From Stegostoma tigrinum (Eukaryota), in assembly GCF_030684315.1 (NCBI RefSeq), contig NC_081358.1, positions 3,038,001-3,102,000 on the forward strand: a DNA stretch of 64,000 nucleotides, given 5' to 3'. The notes beneath the pieces are model-generated. The model was not told the origin of the DNA, ran no database searches, and saw only the letters and a program-made list of their open reading frames with translations. Position 1 is the first letter of the stretch; every line of letters begins with the position of its first letter. Shown piece after piece: positions 25,650 to 38,030 of the stretch. The translations under genes were made by a program, and so were the position numbers.

Positions 25650-26290
25650 CATAAGAAGATAAGAAATAGGAGCAGGAAGAGGCTATATGGTCCATTGAGT
25701 CTGCTCTTCCGTTCAATAAGGTCATGGCTGATATTTTTGTGGACTCAGCTCCACCAGCTGAGGCACACCCTGAGGCACTCCACCAGCCAATGATTGCCAA
25801 TCAAACCAACATCCAGTTATCTCCTCTCTTTGCTTTCTGTTACTTATCCAATTTTCTATGTATGCTAATACATTACCTGTAATGCTGTGTACCTTTATCT
25901 TATACAGCAGCCTGTTGTGTGGCACCTTGTTGAATGCCTTCTGGAAATCCAGAAACAATACACCCGCTGGTTCCCAGTTGCCCACCACATTCGTAATGCC
26001 CTCGTAGAATTCCAGAAATTTATTTTAAAATGACCTGTCTTCCATAAACCCAAGCAGCCTCTGCCCTATGGGACAATTTCTATCAGGATGTGTGGCAATT
26101 TCTTCCTTGATTATAGATTGAAGCAATTTCCTCACTACAGAAGATAGTTTAATAGGCCTATAGTTGCCCGTCTTTTGTTTACCTCCTTTTTATAACAGCG
26201 ACATCACATTTGCTGTTTTCCAATCTCCTGGAATTGCCCCAGAGTCTGCCAACTTTTGGTAAATTACCACAAGCGCATTAGCAAGGAGAC
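25650..26290 (-). mobile_element. Old CR1 fragment
   Basis: LDFQKAFNKVPHNRLL on the minus strand. Confidence 0.75.
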
Positions 26291-26379
26291 TCGTCTACCT
26301 TTTGCCCCAAAAGCTTGCCCAACACTAGCTTGTTAGTGATAATGGTCTTTTCCAGGTCCTCACCTGCCATAGCCTGAAC

Positions 26380-28475
26380 TCCCCATCTACATCCATGACA
26401 CCACCCACGCCCTCCACTTCCTCCAGAACTTCCAATTTCCCAGTCCCCAACACCTCATTTTTAACATGGACGTCCAGTCCCTATATACCTGCATTCCCCA
26501 TGCAGATGGCCTAAAGGCCGTCCGCTTCTTCCTGTCCCACAGGCCCAACCAGTACCCCTCCACAGACACCCTCATCTGCCTAGCCAAACTCGTCCTCACC
26601 CTCAACAACTTCTCTTTTGATTCCTCCCCATTCCTACAGACAAAAGGGGTTGGCCATGGGTACCCGCATGGGCCCAAGCTATGTCTGTCACTTTGTAGGT
26701 TACGTGGAACAATCCCTCCTCCATATCTACACTAGCCCTAAACACCACCTCTTCCTCCGTTACATTCATGGCTGTATTGGCGACACCTCGTGCTCCCATG
26801 AGGAGCTCAAACAGCTCATCCACTTCACCAACACCTTCCACCCCAACCTCAAGTTCACCTGGACCATCTCCAACACATCCCTCACATTCCTGGACCTCTC
26901 TGTCTCCATCTCAGGCAACCACCTAGAAACCGATAGCCATTTCAAGCCCACTGACTCTCACAGCTTCCTAGAATACACCTCCTCCCACCCACCTTGCTGG
27001 AAAAATTCCATTCCTATTCCAAATTCCTTCGCCTCTGCCGCATCTGCTCCCAGGGTGAGTTATTCTCCTCCCGTACATCTCAGATGTCCTCGTTCTACCA
27101 GGACTGCAACTTCACCCCTGCAGTGGTTGAGAACACCCTCGCCTGTGTCTCTCGCATTTCCCGCAACTCATCCCTCACACTCTGTTCCCACAATAACCAC
27201 CAAAAGGGAATATCCCTCATTCTCACATAGCACACCACCAAACATCGGATCCAACGCATCATCCCCCGACACTTCCGCCATCTACAATCCAACCCAACCT
27301 CTCTGTAGGGCTCACGGTTTTTGTTAGATGCTGGGGTGATGTTCTCCCTGGGCAGGAGGGTGGAGTTATACCACGGAGTTCTGAGCTGAGTAAACAGATA
27401 GAACTCAACCGTGTCTCCCACATTTCCCACAACACATCCCTCACACCCTGTCCCTGCAATAACCACCAAAAGAGAATCCCCATCATCCTCACATACCACC
27501 CCACCAACCTCCAGATACAACGCATCATCCTCTACCACTTCCGCCATTTGCAATCCAACACCACCACTAAAGATAGTTTTCCATCCCCACCGTTGTCTGC
27601 TGTCTGGAGGGACCACTCTCCCTGTGACTCCCTTGTCTCCTCCACACTCCCCTCCAACCCCACCACACCCTGCACTTTCCTGTGCAACCGCAGGAAGTGC
27701 GACATCTGCCCCCATACTTCCTCCCTCACCCCCATCTCAAGCCCCAAGAAGACTTGCCACATCAAGCAGATGTTCACCTGTACATCTGCCAATGTGGAAT
27801 ACTGCATCCGCTGTACCCGGTGTGGCCTCCTCTACATTGGGGAAACCAAGCGGAGGCTTGCAATAAACAACTGCACCTCCCAGTCACAAACCATTTCAGC
27901 TCCCCCTCCCATTCCTTAGATGACATGTCCATCATGGGCCTCCTGCAGTGCCACAATGATGCCACCCGAAGGTTGCGGAACAGCAACTCACATTCCGCTT
28001 GGAAACCCAGCAGCCCAATGGTAATTGTGAATTTCACAAGCTTCAGAATCTCCCCTCCTCCTACCGCATCCCAAAACCAGCCCAGCTTGTCCCAGCCTCC
28101 CTAACCTGTTCTTCCTCTCACCCATCCCCTCTTCCCACCTCAAGCCCCACCCCCATTACCTACCTCATCTACCCTATTACTAACCTAATCCCGCCCCCTT
28201 GACCTGTCCGTCCTCCCTGGACTGACCAATCCCCTCCCTACCTTCCTAACTACACTCACCTCTACTGGCTCCATGACCGCCTCTTGGACTTGTCTGTCTC
28301 CTCTCAACCTATCTTCTCCTCTATCTTCGATTTGCCTCTTTCACTCTCCTTATTTATTTCAGCACCATCTCTCCCTCCCCCAGTTCTGAAGAAGGGTCTT
28401 TGCTCGAAACTTCAGCTTTCCTGCTGCTCTGATACTGCTTAGCCTGCTGTGTTCATCCAGCTCTTGTTATCTCCT
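26380..28475 (+). mobile_element. Degenerate PLE family 1 copy with internal duplication and foreign insert
   Basis: MDVQSLYTCIPH, GLAMGTRMGP, LYIGETKRRL with frameshifts; degraded hammerhead ~28386. Confidence 0.85.
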
Positions 28476-29234
28476 CCCCGATCGAACTGTATTTTGTTTA
28501 AGCATAAGACTTGGGTTTTACCTACTTACTTTCCATCTGTATCTTAAAATCATACAAACTGTGATTGCTACTTCCCAGACTGTCCGTAACTATGAAATCT
28601 TCAATTATGTCTGTGTCAATGTGCAGGACCAGATCAAGACAGCTTTTTCCCTCGTTAATCCTCTTCCATACTGTTCGAGGAAACTAGGGCAGATACATTC
28701 TCGGAACTCCTCCTCAATCTGGTTTGAATGACTTGGTTTGACCAATCAATATCCGGATTAAGATCTCCCATGATAATTGCAGCACTATTTTTACAGACAA
28801 ATCCTTTGTTTATTGCCCACCCCACCGACATGGAATTAGTTGGTGGCTGATGAACTGCGCCTATCAGTGAATGATCATTTGTACCCCGAATGTAGATTTT
28901 GTTGGGATGTTTGCCGTAGATTTCCTACTGGGAACAGCAGGATCATGAACAACAACTTTAGTTAAGATGATTAGGAGTTCAGAACATATATTTCTTTGCC
29001 AATATTTCAGGAATCCACCCTTCGAGAGAATGGAGCGAATTCACTGTCAAATTTGATAATTTTTGTTACAGTTGCGTCTGCTTCACTCCTCGCCCCGCCC
29101 ACTCCACTCACTGAGTCTACCCGCGCTCACCTCCCAGTCTAGTGCAAGTGAGCAGATTAACTCGGAGCAACTTCTTTAAAATTTACAACCCGAAACGGGA
29201 TTTTAAATTAACACTTCCCGTGTCTGTGAAAGCA

Positions 29235-29410
29235 AAATAAACCAATGACAAACACGGAGAATAAGCGGTCTCACATTTTATGAAGGAGCATTAAAGTGGG
29301 CGGGTTCAATTTATGCTGAGAGCGGAAATTCCCGCCGTTGAGGGGCGGGGTTGGTGTGGGGTTGGGGGTGTGGGAGAGGCAGAGGAGATCTCGCCTCCTT
29401 TATAGACATG
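29235..29410 (+). promoter_or_regulatory. Putative promoter of type C V (identical copy at ~59180-59355)
   Basis: CCAAT, two GC boxes (GGGCGGG) and TTTATAG ~55 nt upstream of the ATG. Confidence 0.55.
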
Positions 29411-29457
29411 ACCCTGAGCAGCAGTAACCCAGTACCGAGCGAGCCGGTCACTGCACC

Positions 29458-29878
29458 ATGTTCCGGGTAATTGTGGCGCTACTTTTGTCCTGTGCGTATT
29501 TAAGTGTCTTTACTGAAGTTTACTTAGTTGCCAGTCCTTCATTCATCATCGTTTAAAACGTAACTTTGTTAATTTTATTTTCCCAGATGTGCGTTTGGCT
29601 GAGTCTATAACACAGTCACCGATATCGTATGTAACCAAGCTCGGTAAAAGTGCCAGGTTTAAATGTACCGTAGACAGCGGCAGCACCACGGTCCATTGGT
29701 ACCAGCGCCGGGAAGGTCAGGCGCCCTCCAGAATACTTTATTATGACAGCAGCGTCGTACGGGATCCGGAATTCGGCAGCAGGTTTAAAGCGGATAAGAG
29801 GAACACTTTGTGCACTTTGATCATCAATAACATCGAGAAGGAAGACGCTGCCACATATTACTGCGCCTATTGGGACAG
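29458..29878 (+). CDS. TRGV: TCR gamma V segment, type C copy 1, apparently functional (leader 29458-29491, intron 29492-29586, V exon 29587-29878)
   Basis: Kozak-like caccATG, leader MFRVIVALLLS, GTGCGT donor, tcccAG acceptor; ESITQSP...FKC...VHWYQ...DAATYYCAYWD. Confidence 0.92.
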
Positions 29879-29917
29879 CACAGTGTTCAACAGAGACTGA
29901 AAGCCTTTACAAATACA
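29879..29917 (+). other. 23-RSS of V at 29.5 kb
   Basis: CACAGTG + 23 nt + ACAAATACA. Confidence 0.92.
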
Positions 29918-30255
29918 CGGCGCTTCAGCTCGGTCTACACTCAGCTCCCACACCAACAACACCAGCTTGCATTTATAAAGCGCCTTTAACGTAGGAAATC
30001 GTCCCGCCTAGTCTCGGGAGATGCATTGTAAAACAAAATTTAACATGAGGCTAAGTGTCTGTTGGCGGATGTGTATTTGAGATGTGCCCTTTGTTTTGAA
30101 TTCGGAGGCGCCTTCCTGGGTGTGACATGAGTTAGCATGGAAATGCAAATTGAGTTCTGGCTTCGGAGAGACAGAGAAAGAAGATTCCATTTTCATATAT
30201 TCTTAGTTAGGATAAAAGAACATTGAGTTAATTGAACAAACACGCTCAAATGCAG

Positions 30256-31601
30256 AGATAATGGGAACTGCATTAGAACTTCATTAGAAAGACGGAGATT
30301 GACGGGTATGGACAGGGTGGATAGCAAAAAGCTTTTTCCCAGAGTGGGGGACTCAATTACTAGGGGTCATGAGTTCAAAGTGAGGGAAGGAAAGTTTAAG
30401 GGAGATATGCGTGGAAAGTTCTTTACACAGAGGGTGGTGGGCGCCTGGAACGCGTTGCCAGCGGAGTTGGTAGACGCAGACACGTTAGCGTCTTTTAAGG
30501 TATATTTGGACAGGTACACGGATGGGCAGGAAGCAAATGGACACAGACCGTTAGAAAATAGATGACAGGTTAGACAGAGGATCTTGATGGGCGCAGGCTT
30601 GGAGGGCCGAAGGGCCTGTTCCTGTGCTGTAGGTTTCTTTGTTTCTTTGCAGCGTAACAAACTGTGGAGCTGGATGAACACAGCAGGCCCAGCAGCATCT
30701 TAGGAGCACAAAAGCTAACGTTTCAGGCCTAGACCCTTCTTCAGAAAAGCGGGATGGGGAGAGCGTTCTGAAATAAATAGGGAGAGAGGGGGAGTTAAAC
30801 CGAAAATGGATGGAGGAGAAGATCGGTGGAGAGGAGAGTATAGGTGGGGAGGTAGGGAGGGGATAGATCAGTCCGGGGAGAACGGACAGGTCAAGGGGGC
30901 GGGATGAGGCTAGTAGGTAGGAAATGTAGGTGTGGCTTGAGGTGGGAGAAGGGGATAGGTGAGAGGAAGAACAGGTTGGGGAGGCGTGGACGAGCTGGGC
31001 TGGTTTTGGATGCAGTGGGAGGAAGGGCGATTCTGAAGCTGGTGAAATCCACATTGATACAATTGGGCTGCAGGGTTCCCAAGCGGAATATGAGTTGCTG
31101 TTCGTGCAACCCCTCCTGCAGGGCCACAATGATGCCACCCGAAAGTTACAGGAACAGCAACTCATATTCCACTTGGGAACCCTGCAGCCCAATGGTATCA
31201 ATGTGGATTTCACCAGCTTCAGAATCGCCCTTTCTCCCACTGCATACCAAAACCAGCCCAGCTCGTCCACGCCTCCCTAACCTGTTCTTCCTCTCACCTA
31301 TCCCCTTCTCACACCTCAAGCCGCACCTCCATTTCCTACCTACTAACCTCATCCCGCCCCCTTGACCTGTCCGTCCTCCCCGGACTGACCTATCCCCTCC
31401 CTACCTCCCCACCTATATCTCCTCTCCACCTATCTTCTCCTCTATCCATCTTCGGTCCGCCTCCCCCTCTCTCCCCATTTATTTCAGAATCGTCTCCCCA
31501 TCCCCCTTTTCTGATGAAGGGTCTCGGCCCGAAACGTCAGCTTTTGTGCTTCTAAGATGCTGCTTCGCCTGCTGTGTTCATCCAGCTGCACACTTTCTTA
31601 C
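30256..31601. mobile_element. PLE fold-back palindrome with a nested CR1 3' fragment (~30275-30652)
   Basis: Inverted arms meeting at ~31112; 15 bp TSD cacgctcaaatgcag at 30241-30255 and 31602-31616. Confidence 0.85.
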
Positions 31602-32339
31602 CACGCTCAAATGCAGCACCGTTTCAGTGAAAATGCAAAGTGGCCGAACCAGCATTAATCCTGAAGCCTGAGTTGGAAATGAAATGTGACAATGACCCGG
31701 TACCACACTAGGAAAGTCAAAGCAATCGGGATCAGTCAAGGACATGAATGTAGCACGGGCTTCACAGAGGAAATGGGATGGCACCTGGAAGATCGGGAGT
31801 AGGGACCATGGTTGGCCACTTTTGGAATGTGCAACAAATAATGTTGCTGTGGAAAACAGGCTATTCCTGATTGGGAGTAATGTACTATCCACGTGATAAG
31901 CAATGTATAAACATCCTCAACGAGTTGGATTATTAACTCGGAATGTTTTGCTGGAGCAGTCTTACCCAATATTGGCTCAATAAAGGACCGTTGACTTGTA
32001 TCGGGCGGCTCCTGATATTATTTATGCAAAAGCCTCCCACAGCAGTATAAAAAAAACAGATACACATTCTGGCAAAATCCCATTCATTCACAAATTAAAG
32101 TGTTGTTATGAAGAAAGAGTTAATAATCTTGGCTTGCGTTCTCTTCAATTTAGATAATAAAGAACTAATCTAATTGAGCTACTTGAAATGAGAAAGGACC
32201 AGAAGAGGATAGATAAGAATCAATAAATTTCTCCAGTGGGAAGAGTCCGGAAAGAACAGGAAGGGTTACCAGGACCCGAAACGTTAACTCTGTTTTTTGC
32301 CTTCACAAATGCTGCCAGACTTGCTGAAATTTTCCAGCG

Positions 32340-34220
32340 TTACAAGGTGTAGAGCTGGATAAACACAGCAGGCCAAGCAGCATCACAGGAGCAGGAAAGC
32401 CGACGTTTCGGGCTTACACCCTTCTTCAGAAATGGAGGAGGGGAGGGGGGAATCTGAAATAAATAGGGAGAGGGGTGGCGGATAGAAGATGGATGGAGGA
32501 GAAGATTGGTGGAGAGGAGACAGACCGGTCAAAGAGGCGGGGGTGGAGCCAGTAAAAGTGAGTGTAGGTGGGTGGTCGGGAGGTGATAGGTCAGTCCAGG
32601 GAAGACGGACAGGTCAAGCGGGCGGGATGAAGTTAGTAGGTAGGAGATGGGGCTGAGGCTTGAGGTGGGAGGAGGGAATAGGTGGGAGGAAGGACAGGTT
32701 AGGGAGGCAGGGACGAGGTGGGTTGGTTTTGGGATGCGGTAGTGGGAGGGGAGATTTTGAAGCTTGTTAAGTCCACATTGACACCGAGATAACAAGGCGT
32801 CGAGCTGGATGAACACAGCAGGCCAAGGAACATCATAGGAGCAGGAAGTCTAACGTTTCGGGCCTCGACGCTTCCTCGGAAATGGTGCCTTGGGCTGCAG
32901 GGTTCCCAAGCGGAATATGAGTTGCTGTTCCTGCAACCTTCGGATAGCATCATTGTGGCACTGCAGGAGGCCCAGGCTGGACATGTCGTCTGAGGAATGG
33001 GAGGGGGAGTTGAAATGGTTCGCGACTGGGAGGGGCAGTTGTTTATTGCGAGCCAAGTGCAGGTGTTCTGCAAATTCCGCTTGGTTTCCCCGATGTAGAG
33101 GAGGCCACAACGGGAACAGTGGATGCAGTATACCACATTGGCAGATGTGCAGGTGAACCTCTGCTTGATGTGGAAAGTCTTCCTGCGGCCTGGGATGGGA
33201 GTGAGGGGAGAGGTGTGGGGCAGCTGTAGCACTTCCCGGTGTGGTGCCGGGTGTGGTGGGTTAGGGTTAGGAGGGGAGTGTGGAGAGTACAAGGACATCA
33301 CGGAGAGTGCGGTCCCTCCGGAAGGCAGATATGGGTGGGGAGGGAAAAATGTCTTCGGTGGTGGGGTCGGATTGTTTATGATTCTGCCGTTTTCACCTTC
33401 TCTGGATGCAAATTTTGTTTCTGGGAGACTGCACATGCTGGGAGCTAGAGTAGATAACTGTGGATGCGGAAAAGCACAGCAGATCGGACAGCATCCGAGT
33501 AGCAGTTGAGACAGAAGATGGATGGGTTGGGGGTGGAGAGATTTTGAAACTGGTGATGCAGGTGGGAGTTATTGTGGTTTGTCAGTGGGAACGGTGAATG
33601 GATAGGAGGGTGGGAAATTGCACAGGTTGGGCGAGGAGATATTTTAAAGCTGGTGAAGTCTACATTCATGCCATTTGGCTGTAGGCTCCTAAGTCAAAAT
33701 ACCAGGTGTTGTTCCACCTGTTTGCATTTGGCCTCACTCTGACGGTGGGGGAGGCCAAGAATGGATAGATCACCGGGTTTTGGGCGGGAGAGTTAAAGTG
33801 GACGGCAACTGGAAGGTCAGATTGGATAGTACGTGCAGAGCGAAACCTATTGGGATCCTGCACTTGGTCTCTCCGATATAGTGGAGACCACACCGGGAAC
33901 AAAGGATACAGTCGATGAGGTTAGATGAAGTGAAGATGAATCTCTGCTGAATCTGCAAGGATTATTTGGGGCCTCCAACAGATGTGAGAGGGGAGGTTTG
34001 GGGCAGGTGTATCACCTCCTGTGGTTGCGAGGAAAGGCACTGGATGTGGTCCGGGTTCGGTGCGGAGTGTGGAGCTAACAAGGGAGGCGGGGTGTAAAAG
34101 GTTCTTGGGGAAAGCAGACAGGGGTGGAGAGAGAACATTTTGGTGGTGAGTTCAGATTGTCGATGGCACAAATGTCAGCGGAGGATGCGTTGTGTTGGAA
34201 AGCTGGTGGGATGGTATGTG
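32340..34220 (-). mobile_element. Cluster of nested or degenerate PLE fragments
   Basis: VYCIHCSRCGLLYIGETK and DCILCSRCGLHYIGETK on the minus strand. Confidence 0.8.
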
Positions 34221-34494
34221 CTTTTGTTACTCTTCACTTCCCATCACCACCACTGTTCCCTTTGCATCTCCATCCCTTGCGATAATTAACTCTCCTGTCC
34301 TCCACCTGTGACAGATTCCCCTTTTAATGAAACCTCCCCATTCCCTGCATCCCTCCTATTTACGGGATTGGCACTGTCAGCATCACAACTTATTCAAGCT
34401 TAGGGTTCTGAAACGTTAACTCTGATTTTCTCTCTACAGTTACTGCTTCAGTATTTCCAACATTTTCTGTTTATATTGCAAAGAACAAACTTGG

Positions 34495-34600
34495 AGGGCA
34501 GGAGGCGGGCTTGAAACCCTGATCAATATCTCACTGATTGGTTTGAAGGAAGTGAATCGTTTCCTTTTAGTCTCTAACCAGCAGCTGGAGAGAACAGTTG
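34495..34600 (+). promoter_or_regulatory. Putative promoter of type A V (homologues at ~1810-1915 and ~62985-63085)
   Basis: GC-box-like GGCGGG, inverted CCAAT (ATTGG), ETS-like GGAAGT and E-box CAGCTG; ATTGG and CAGCTG are kept in all three A copies; no Ig octamer. Confidence 0.5.
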
Positions 34601-34614
34601 AAGATTGAGCGAAC

Positions 34615-35056
34615 ATGTCGCTGTACTGCTGGCTCATTGCGGTAACCGCTTTGCCCTGTATGTGTTTCTGACGCTATTATTCAGATCCCGCTGTTCGTTC
34701 ACATCCATCACATCGTTCCTTTGTAACCCTGTATATTCTTTCCTCAGGCGGATATTTTGCACAAACACTGAAACAGATTGTCCCATCCATTACCAAAAAT
34801 GTGGGTAAAACCGCTAGATTCAAATGCGAAGTCGAAGGTGCAACTATCAGTGATAGTTATCCCCTTCACTGGTACCAGCAAAAGCCGGGCCAGGCACCCA
34901 CCCGAATCCTCTATTATGGAGCAGGCACAACGCAGGATCCGGGATTTGGTGAACGGTTCAAAGCCGGGAAATCTAACAACAAAGTATTCTACCTCACAAT
35001 CGACAAACTAGAGCCAGAGGACACCGCCACCTATTACTGTGCGTACTGGATAGATA
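34615..35056 (+). CDS. TRGV: TCR gamma V segment, type A copy 2, apparently functional (leader 34615-34657, intron 34658-34747, V exon 34748-35056)
   Basis: Leader MSLYCWLIAVTALP; QTLKQ...RFKC...LHWYQ...DTATYYCAYWID; canonical splice sites. Confidence 0.93.
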
Positions 35057-35095
35057 CACAGTGCAACACATCAATACAAAGTTTGTACAAAAATA
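35057..35095 (+). other. 23-RSS of V at 34.6 kb
   Basis: CACAGTG + 23 nt + ACAAAAATA. Confidence 0.93.
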
Positions 35096-35283
35096 CTGAA
35101 CGATTTGAAGCGAAACATTTCGAGGAATTCACAGACTCCTCCCCTATTTGGGTAAAGTAGCGACGTCACCACAGCTGGATCTGTGTCCGAGCTTCCTCCG
35201 TCTGAATTCGTGACATGGAGAGTGATGTGAAGCCGGCCAGGTCTGGGCTGTTTTGATCCACGTGCTTTTGTTTTCTTTTCCAA

Positions 35284-37625
35284 TCATTTGTGGGGTGTGG
35301 GCATCGCTGGCTGGGCCAGCATTTCCTGCCCATCCCTAGTTGCCCTTAAGAAGGTGGTGGTGAACTGCCTTCTTGAGCCGCTGCAGTCCTCCTGCTGTGG
35401 CTTGACCCACAATACTATTAGGGAGGGAATTCCAGGATTTTGACCCAGCGACAGTGAAGGAATGGCAACATTTGTCAAAGTCGGGATAGTGATTGGCTTG
35501 GAGGAGAATTTTGAGATGGTAGTGTTCTCATATGTCTGCTGGTACTATCCTTATAGCTGGAAGTGGTCATGGGTTTGGAAGGTGCGGTCTGAGGATCTTT
35601 GGTGAATTTCTGCAGTGCATCTTGCAGATAGTACACACTGCTGCTGCTGAGCATCGGTGGTGGAGGAAGTGGATGCTTGTGGACGTTGTGCCAATCAAGT
35701 AAACTGCTTTGTCCTGGATGGTGTCGAGCTTCTGGGCTGCTCTTGTCGCCACCGTGTTAATGTGGTGAGTCCAGTTAAGTCTCTGGTCAATGATAACACT
35801 CAGGATGTCGATAGTGGGGATTCAGTGATGGTGACACCATTGGATGTCAATGGTAGATTGTCTCTTATTTGTGATGGTCATACACTAGCAGTTTGTAGCG
35901 TGAATGTCGCTGGCCACTTGTCAGCCTAAGCCTGGATATTGTCCAGATCTTGTTGCATTTGAACATGGACTGCTTCAGTACCTGAGGAAACATGAATAAT
36001 GCTGAACATCGTGCAATCACTGGCAAACATCCCCACTCTGACTTTATGACGGAGGGAATGTCATTAATGAAGCAGCTGAAGATAATTTATCCTGGGACAC
36101 TATCCTGAATAACTCCTGCAGAGATGCCCTGGAGCTGAGATGATTGACCTCCAACGACCATGACCGTTTTCTTATGTTCCTGGTATGTCTCCAACCAGCA
36201 GAGTATTTGCCCCGATACCCATTGATTCCAGTTTTTCTCGGGTTCCTTGATGTCACACAGTCAATTGCAGCCTTGATGTCAAGGTATGTTACTCCCACCC
36301 ACTTCTGGAATTCAACTCTTTTGTCCATGTTTGAACCAAGGCTGCGATGAGGTCAGGAGCTGAGTGAACTTGGCTGAGCTCAAACTGCGCAGCATTGAGC
36401 AGGTTATTTCTGAGCAGGCGCTGCTTGAAAGCACTGTTGATGACACCTTCCATCACTTTCTTGATGATTGGGAGTAAACTGATTGGACGGTAATTGGCCA
36501 GGTTGGACTTGTCCTGCGTTTTGTGTACTAATCGTTCTTGGGCAAATTTCCACATTGTCGGGTAGATGCCAGTGTTGTAACAGTCCTGGAACAGCTTGGC
36601 ATCTCTTAGCTCTGTCTATCACTTGCTGCTTTCACTGTTTAGCTTGCAAGTAATCCTGCTGGTTGGCTTCACCAAGTTGATACCTCATCTTCAGGTATGC
36701 CTGGTGCTTCTCCTGGCAAGCCCTCCTGCACTCTCCATTGATCCCTTGGCTTGATGGTAATGGTTGAGTGGGGGGGATATGCTGGACCATGAGGTTACAG
36801 ATTTTGCTGGATTACAGTTCTGCTGCTGTTTTTGGCCCACAGCGCCTCAGAGATGCCCACTCTTGAGTTGCTACATCTGTGCAAAGTCTGTCCCATTTAG
36901 TATGGTGATAGTGCCACACAACACGATGGAGATTATTCTCAATGTGAAGGCGGGATTTCCTCTCCACAAAGACTGCATAATGGTCACCCTTACCAGTACT
37001 ATCATGGGCAGATGCAACTGCAGTTGGCAGATTGGTAAGGATGAGTTAAGCATTTTGTTTTTTTCCCCCTCTTGTTAGTTCCCTAACCATCTGCTGCAGA
37101 CTCAGTCCAGCAGTTATGTCCTTTAGGACCTGATCAGTTTGATCAGTAGTACTGCTGCTGAGCAGATTTGATGGTGGACATTGAAATACCCCATTCAGAG
37201 TACATTTTGTGCCGTTGCCACCCTCAGTGCTTCCTCTAAGTGTTGTTCAACATTGAGGAGAACTGATTCATCTGCTGAGTGGGGGTTGTATGTGATAATC
37301 AGCAGAAGGTTTCCTTGTCCAAGTTTAAACTGAAGCCGTGAGATTTCATGGGGTCCAGAGTCAATGTTGAGGACTCCAAGAGCAATACCCTCCTGACTGT
37401 GTACCACTGTGCCGCCCCCTCTGCTGGGTCTGTCCTGCCAGGGAGATAGGACATATCCAGGGATGATGATAGTGGTGTCTGGGACAAAGTCTGTGAGGTA
37501 TGATTCTGTGATGACTATGTCAGGCTGTTGCTTAACAAGTCTGTAAAACAGCTGTCCCAATTTTGGCACTAGCCCCCAGATGGTAGTGAGGAGGATTTTG
37601 CGGGTTTGACATGGCTGTTTCTGCT
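35284..37625 (-). mobile_element. Degenerate L2/CR1-group LINE (APE + RT)
   Basis: QQPDIVITESYL (APE), NYRPISLLP; 3' tail gggcaactagggatgggca..atgctggc..gccagcgatgcccaca. Confidence 0.8.
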
Positions 37626-37719
37626 GTTGTCTTTTCTGATGCCTATATCGATGCCAGATGATGGATATAGTTTCATTTCTTTGAGATTTTGTAACGATTG
37701 GTACAAATGAATGGCTTGC

Positions 37720-38030
37720 TTGGCCTGCCTGGCCATTTCAGAGGGCAATTAAGAGTCAACTACATTGGGCCTGGAATCACGTGGAGGCTAGACCAGGTGA
37801 GGGTGGCAGATTTCCTTCCCTAAGTGACATTAGTGAACCGGATGGGTTTTTCTGACTATTGGCAATGATTTCATGGTGATCAGTAGATTCTTAATTCCAG
37901 ACTTCTTCGAAATTATTGAATTAAAATTCCACGATCTGCAGTGGTGAGATTTGAACACATATCCCCCAGATCTTTTGCTGTGTCTCTGGATTAACGGTCC
38001 AGCAATAATACCACTTGGCCATCACCCAGC
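37720..38030 (-). mobile_element. LF-SINE-like SINE
   Basis: Reverse complement of the element at 39385-39950 (cccatccggttcactaatgtc...agggaaggaaatctgcc). Confidence 0.6.
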
